Below are positions 60,176-64,000 of a DNA stretch of 64,000 nt, in pieces. The notes beneath the pieces were generated by a model that saw nothing but the letters and a program-made list of their open reading frames with translations, ran no database searches and was not told the origin of the DNA. The number at the start of each line of letters is the position of its first letter. The first letter of the stretch is position 1. The stretch comes from Cyclobacteriaceae bacterium (GTDB taxonomy: Bacteria; Bacteroidota; Bacteroidia; Cytophagales; Cyclobacteriaceae): assembly GCA_046317775.1 (NCBI GenBank), contig JBKCVO010000066.1, positions 7,872 to 71,871 on the forward strand, written 5' to 3'. The position numbers and the translations under genes were made by a program.

Positions 60176-61204
60176 TTGAACCGAACAGCGACTAAAGGAT
60201 TTTTTAAGCTTTGCTTAACTACTTTAGTCGCTGTTTATTTTTTGATAGCCGTGGGTGGCATCGTTCGTGCCACAGGGTCGGGCATGGGTTGCCCCGACTG
60301 GCCGAAGTGCTTCGGTAGCTGGGTTCCACCTACCTCTGTTGAGCAGTTGCCGGAGAACTACAAAGAATCGTATGCGCAGTATCGCGACAAGAAGAACCAA
60401 AAATTTGTCCGCCTTCTCCATTCAATAGGTATGGATGAGACAGCCGATCAGATTTCAAATGACAAAACCATTTTGGTGGAAGCAGATTTTAATCCGGTGA
60501 AAACGTGGATTGAATACCTGAATCGGATTGTGGGAGTGGTGATTGGATTATTGATTGTTTTGCTGTTTGTGCGTTCTTGGCAGTACCGGAAGTCAAGCCC
60601 CATTTTATTCTGGCTTTCCCTCGCTACCTTACTTGCGGTGATATTCCAGGGATGGTTTGGATCGATTGTAGTCTCTACCAATTTAACGCAATGGACCATT
60701 ACGGTTCACATGTTTCTGGCGATGGTGATCGTTGCCATATTGGTTTATTTGTTGCATGTAAGTGCCGAACAGCCACTTCATATTTCAGTGGCCAATTCGT
60801 TAAAATGGTTGGTGGTTTTATGTGCAGTGTTATTGCTTACCCAAACCTTCTTCGGTACGCAGGTACGTGAGGCAATTGACCGGCTGGCGGGTGCGAGCCG
60901 TGACACGTGGATTGCCTCGTTGGGAGGAGAGTTTATCATTCACCGATCTTTTTCCTGGCTGCTGGTGGTCGTGCACGGATACCTCTTCTGGAAGTTGTAT
61001 CAAACTAGTGCTGCTAAAACTTTAACCACAACCTTAATGGTGTTAATTTTGTCTTCGGTTTTGAGTGGAGTAGGCATGGCCTACGGAGGTGTGCCTCCTT
61101 ATCTGCAGCCTCTCCACCTGACCTTGGCAACCGTCACTTTTGGTGGCCAATTATATTTGTTTTTTGGATTGAACAGTAGAAATAAATCGGTGTTAGTGAA
61201 GTAG
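60176..61204 (+). CDS. ctaA: Heme A synthase (COX15/CtaA)
   Basis: GSGMGCPDWPKC, EYLNR, HMFLA, HRSF, LHL. Confidence 0.9.
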   Translation: MNRTATKGFFKLCLTTLVAVYFLIAVGGIVRATGSGMGCPDWPKCFGSWVPPTSVEQLPENYKESYAQYRDKKNQKFVRLLHSIGMDETADQISNDKTILVEADFNPVKTWIEYLNRIVGVVIGLLIVLLFVRSWQYRKSSPILFWLSLATLLAVIFQGWFGSIVVSTNLTQWTITVHMFLAMVIVAILVYLLHVSAEQPLHISVANSLKWLVVLCAVLLLTQTFFGTQVREAIDRLAGASRDTWIASLGGEFIIHRSFSWLLVVVHGYLFWKLYQTSAAKTLTTTLMVLILSSVLSGVGMAYGGVPPYLQPLHLTLATVTFGGQLYLFFGLNSRNKSVLVK

Positions 61205-61206
61205 CT

Positions 61207-62100
61207 ATGGAAGCAGTTCAAAATCTAAGTAAATGGACGTTAGCAATCGGTAAAGCGAGAGCTTTTTATGAGTTGCTGAAGCCTCGTTTATCAATGCTGG
61301 TAGCATTTTCATGCGCCTTTGGGTATGGATTAGCATCGAAAGGAAGCATTGATTGGTTGGTACTTTCGATGTTAGCATTAGGTGCCTTTTTGCTTTCGGG
61401 AGCTTCGGTTTGCATTAACCAGATTATCGAGCGCGATTTGGATAAAATTATGACGCGCACTATGTCGCGCCCCATACCAACTGGACGAGTTTCAGTCAAT
61501 GAAGCCAGTATCTTCTCAGTAGTTTGCCTTTTGTTGAGTATCGCTATTCTGTGGGTTTTCACGAATCCATTGACCGTTGTTTTATCGATCGTTTCCATGG
61601 TGTTGTATAGCTTTATCTATACACTGCTGAAGCGAGTGGGTCCGATTGCTGTTTTTGTAGGAGCAATTCCGGGAGCACTACCGCCACTGTTGGGATGGAT
61701 TGCCATGACCGGAGGCATTACGTATGAAGCGATGATCATTTTTGGAATTCAGTTTATCTGGCAGTTTCCACATTTCTGGGCGATTGCCTGGGTAGCGGAT
61801 GACGATTACAAAAAAGCTGGTTTCAAGCTATTGCCATCTGGAGGTGGGAGGGACATCAACACCGCCATTCAGATTATGGTTTATACCATGTTTTTGATTC
61901 CGTTGGGCTTGTTGCCGGCCAAATTCGGTATCACCGGTTTGGATTCGGCCATTGTTGCATCAGTATGTGGTGTGGCTTTTTTTGCACAGACATTTTCATT
62001 GATGAAAACCGGTAGCCAGAAGTCGGCCAAGCGCATTATGTTTGGCTCGTTTTTGTATTTACCGATTGTACAGATAGCATATTTGTTGGATAAAATTTAA
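61207..62100 (+). CDS. cyoE: Protoheme IX farnesyltransferase (heme O synthase)
   Basis: ERDLDKIMTRTMSRPIP, YTLLKR, WQFPHFWAI. Confidence 0.93.
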   Translation: MEAVQNLSKWTLAIGKARAFYELLKPRLSMLVAFSCAFGYGLASKGSIDWLVLSMLALGAFLLSGASVCINQIIERDLDKIMTRTMSRPIPTGRVSVNEASIFSVVCLLLSIAILWVFTNPLTVVLSIVSMVLYSFIYTLLKRVGPIAVFVGAIPGALPPLLGWIAMTGGITYEAMIIFGIQFIWQFPHFWAIAWVADDDYKKAGFKLLPSGGGRDINTAIQIMVYTMFLIPLGLLPAKFGITGLDSAIVASVCGVAFFAQTFSLMKTGSQKSAKRIMFGSFLYLPIVQIAYLLDKI

Positions 62101-62108
62101 TACTGATT

Positions 62109-62684
62109 ATGAACGAGGCTGTTGATTTTAAAATTGTAGAGGCTCCGGCAAAGCCCATTTCCATGAATCCAAAGAAATTTGGAATGTGGTTGTTTATTGC
62201 CAGTGTGACCATGCTTTTCATGGCTTTAATGTCGGCTTATATTGTTAGACGGGCTGAAGGAAATTGGGTCTTTTACGAATTGCCAAACATATTTGGGTAC
62301 AGCACGATTTTGGTCATACTCAGTAGTGTATGTCTTCAATTGGCTTATTTCTATCGGGTGAATGTGACTAGAGCAAATAACTTAATTGTTGCTACTTTTT
62401 TACTGGGCATCGTTTTTCTAGCGATGCAATCACTGGGAATGTACCAATTATTGAAAGAAGGTCATCACTTTACAGGAGGAAACGTTTCAGAGTCGTTTTT
62501 TTTCATATTCCCTTGGCTACATGGATTGCATATCATTGGGGGCCTGGTTTATTTGATAATTGTTTTCATAACCCTGCGAAAGGGATCATTCAATAAGGTG
62601 CAGATGGAAATGTGCACAACTTATTGGCATTTTTTAGGTCTTCTTTGGCTATATTTGTTCGTTTTCTTAACATTGCTGAGATAA
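62109..62684 (+). CDS. coxC: Cytochrome c oxidase subunit III (first of two)
   Basis: MWLFIAS, LHGLHI, YWHFLGLLW. Confidence 0.88.
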   Translation: MNEAVDFKIVEAPAKPISMNPKKFGMWLFIASVTMLFMALMSAYIVRRAEGNWVFYELPNIFGYSTILVILSSVCLQLAYFYRVNVTRANNLIVATFLLGIVFLAMQSLGMYQLLKEGHHFTGGNVSESFFFIFPWLHGLHIIGGLVYLIIVFITLRKGSFNKVQMEMCTTYWHFLGLLWLYLFVFLTLLR

Positions 62685-62694
62685 ATTTCTAACC

Positions 62695-63474
62695 ATGGCA
62701 CACGCACACGCGACAACCGCATCGGATCAAAATGTTTGGAATGGAGGAGTAGCTCCACTAGGCGCCAGTTATGGCAAGCTGATGATGTGGTTTTTTTTAC
62801 TTTCAGATGCATTTACCTTTTCAGGATTATTGATCACGTACGGTTTAGTACGCTCTTCACATCCGGCATTTACAGGGTTGGCAGATGCTTTCACCTTTTC
62901 GCATGACTATTGGCCTATCCCTGAAAAGGTATTTGAGGCAGTTCCATTTTTACATGGAGTTTCATTACCGCTGGTGTTTGTGGGTATCATGACGTTCATT
63001 CTGATTATGAGCAGTGTAACGATGGTATTGGCGGTAGAGGCAGGTCATCGTATGGATCAAAAGGCTGTAGAAAAGTGGATGTTGTGGACCATTTTAGGAG
63101 GTCTTACTTTCTTAGGTTGCCAAGCTTGGGAGTGGACACACTTTATCGTTGGTACCGATGTGGCTACAAAAGTGACTGATTTTGTTTTTGTAAACGGAGA
63201 ATTGACAAAAGTCACTAAAGATGTATACGGTGCGAATCTTCATATCAACCAATATGGCCCTCAGGATTTTGCCGACTTCTTCTTCTTTATTACAGGGTTT
63301 CACGGCTTCCACGTATTCAGTGGGGTATTGTTAAACTTCCTCATTTATTACAACACCGTTACAGGTGTTTACAACCGCAGAGGCCACTATGAAATGGTGG
63401 AGAAAGTAGGTTTGTACTGGCACTTTGTAGACTTGGTTTGGGTATTCGTGTTTACATTCTTCTACCTCGTTTAA
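62695..63474 (+). CDS. coxC: Cytochrome c oxidase subunit III (second)
   Basis: MMWFFLLSD, TGFHGFHV, YWHFVDLVW. Confidence 0.9.
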   Translation: MAHAHATTASDQNVWNGGVAPLGASYGKLMMWFFLLSDAFTFSGLLITYGLVRSSHPAFTGLADAFTFSHDYWPIPEKVFEAVPFLHGVSLPLVFVGIMTFILIMSSVTMVLAVEAGHRMDQKAVEKWMLWTILGGLTFLGCQAWEWTHFIVGTDVATKVTDFVFVNGELTKVTKDVYGANLHINQYGPQDFADFFFFITGFHGFHVFSGVLLNFLIYYNTVTGVYNRRGHYEMVEKVGLYWHFVDLVWVFVFTFFYLV

Positions 63475-63509
63475 TTTAGATTTCTTACTAACATTCAAAA
63501 TATAGACAA

Positions 63510-63842
63510 ATGGCACACCACTCACACGAACCAGAAGTTGTTGTTCTTCCTCCGGACAAAGAAAAAATTAAAAAGCTTTGGACTGTAGCTGCGATTTTAG
63601 GAGCTATCACTGCAGTTGAATTCATTGTAGCTTTTACGGTTCCAACAGGATTTTTTAAAACCAGCGTATTCGTAATCATGACGATTGTGAAGGCCGGTTA
63701 TATTGTGGGTGAGTTTATGCACTTAAAATACGAAGCCAAGGTTTTGTTTTGGTCTGTTCTGATACCGATCGTTTTTATTGTTTGGATGTTGATCGCCTTC
63801 TTGTACGAAGGATTTCAATTATCGGATGTTAATTTCATTTAA
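63510..63842 (+). CDS. Cytochrome c oxidase subunit IV family protein
   Basis: Three TM helices; KAGYIVGEFMHLKYE. Confidence 0.88.
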   Translation: MAHHSHEPEVVVLPPDKEKIKKLWTVAAILGAITAVEFIVAFTVPTGFFKTSVFVIMTIVKAGYIVGEFMHLKYEAKVLFWSVLIPIVFIVWMLIAFLYEGFQLSDVNFI

Positions 63843-63932
63843 ATGATCTGCAAGAAATAATGAAATGGCTAAGGGTAAAACTTTAGCCATTTTTGTTTTA
63901 GAGGGGTAGTACATGGATTTAATGAGAGTCAG

Positions 63933-64000
63933 TTGAAAAGGAAAAATTTATTCTTAAGCATTGCGCTTCTATTGCCTGTTTTGGTCTTTGTTTTTTTAAA
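63933..64000 (+). CDS. Start of the next operon gene (partial)
   Basis: TTG-started open frame MKRKNLFLSIALLLPVLVFVFL running off the window. Confidence 0.45.
   Translation, partial: MKRKNLFLSIALLLPVLVFVFL

Noticed and set aside
11239-63842. Numerous antisense and overlapping 60-200 aa ORFs within core genes
   Set aside because: They are shadows of well-supported opposite-strand or alternate-frame genes, with no motifs of their own.
1-64000. tRNA, rRNA or known riboswitch
   Set aside because: No cloverleaf, rRNA signature or recognisable aptamer seen by eye; an Rfam/tRNAscan run would be needed to exclude them fully.

Overview
Bacterial chromosome window, most likely Bacteroidota (Cytophagales-like). 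Support: Bacteroidota-type arg operon with an ArgF'-type transcarbamylase, ACIII plus aa3 oxidase cluster, putative porin, a TAnnTTTG promoter and signal peptides ending before Gln. Three zones. (1) About 1-11.2 kb: a visibly AT-rich run of 11 unrelated, mostly co-oriented accessory genes. They are separated by recurring modular intergenic elements with integron-core-like GTTRRR ends and a group II intron 3' remnant, consistent with an eroded cassette array; I see no integrase in the window. (2) About 11.2-22 kb: rsmF-like gene, fahA with a diverged duplicate of its 3' end, REPIN-like repeats, a zeta-toxin remnant, and a large frameshifted secreted beta-rich protein next to LemA/DUF3137. (3) About 22-64 kb: core metabolism (men genes, lpxK, miaE, arg operon, purT, actABCDEF, cox genes). 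Best novel candidates: an unannotated 43-codon leader ORF with five non-CGT/CGC Arg codons at its end, upstream of an arg operon with no adjacent argR (possible arginine attenuator), and a composite ~240-bp element that appears to replace cassette recombination sites. No tRNA, rRNA or CRISPR array was recognised. No database searches could be run; family calls rest on motif recognition.
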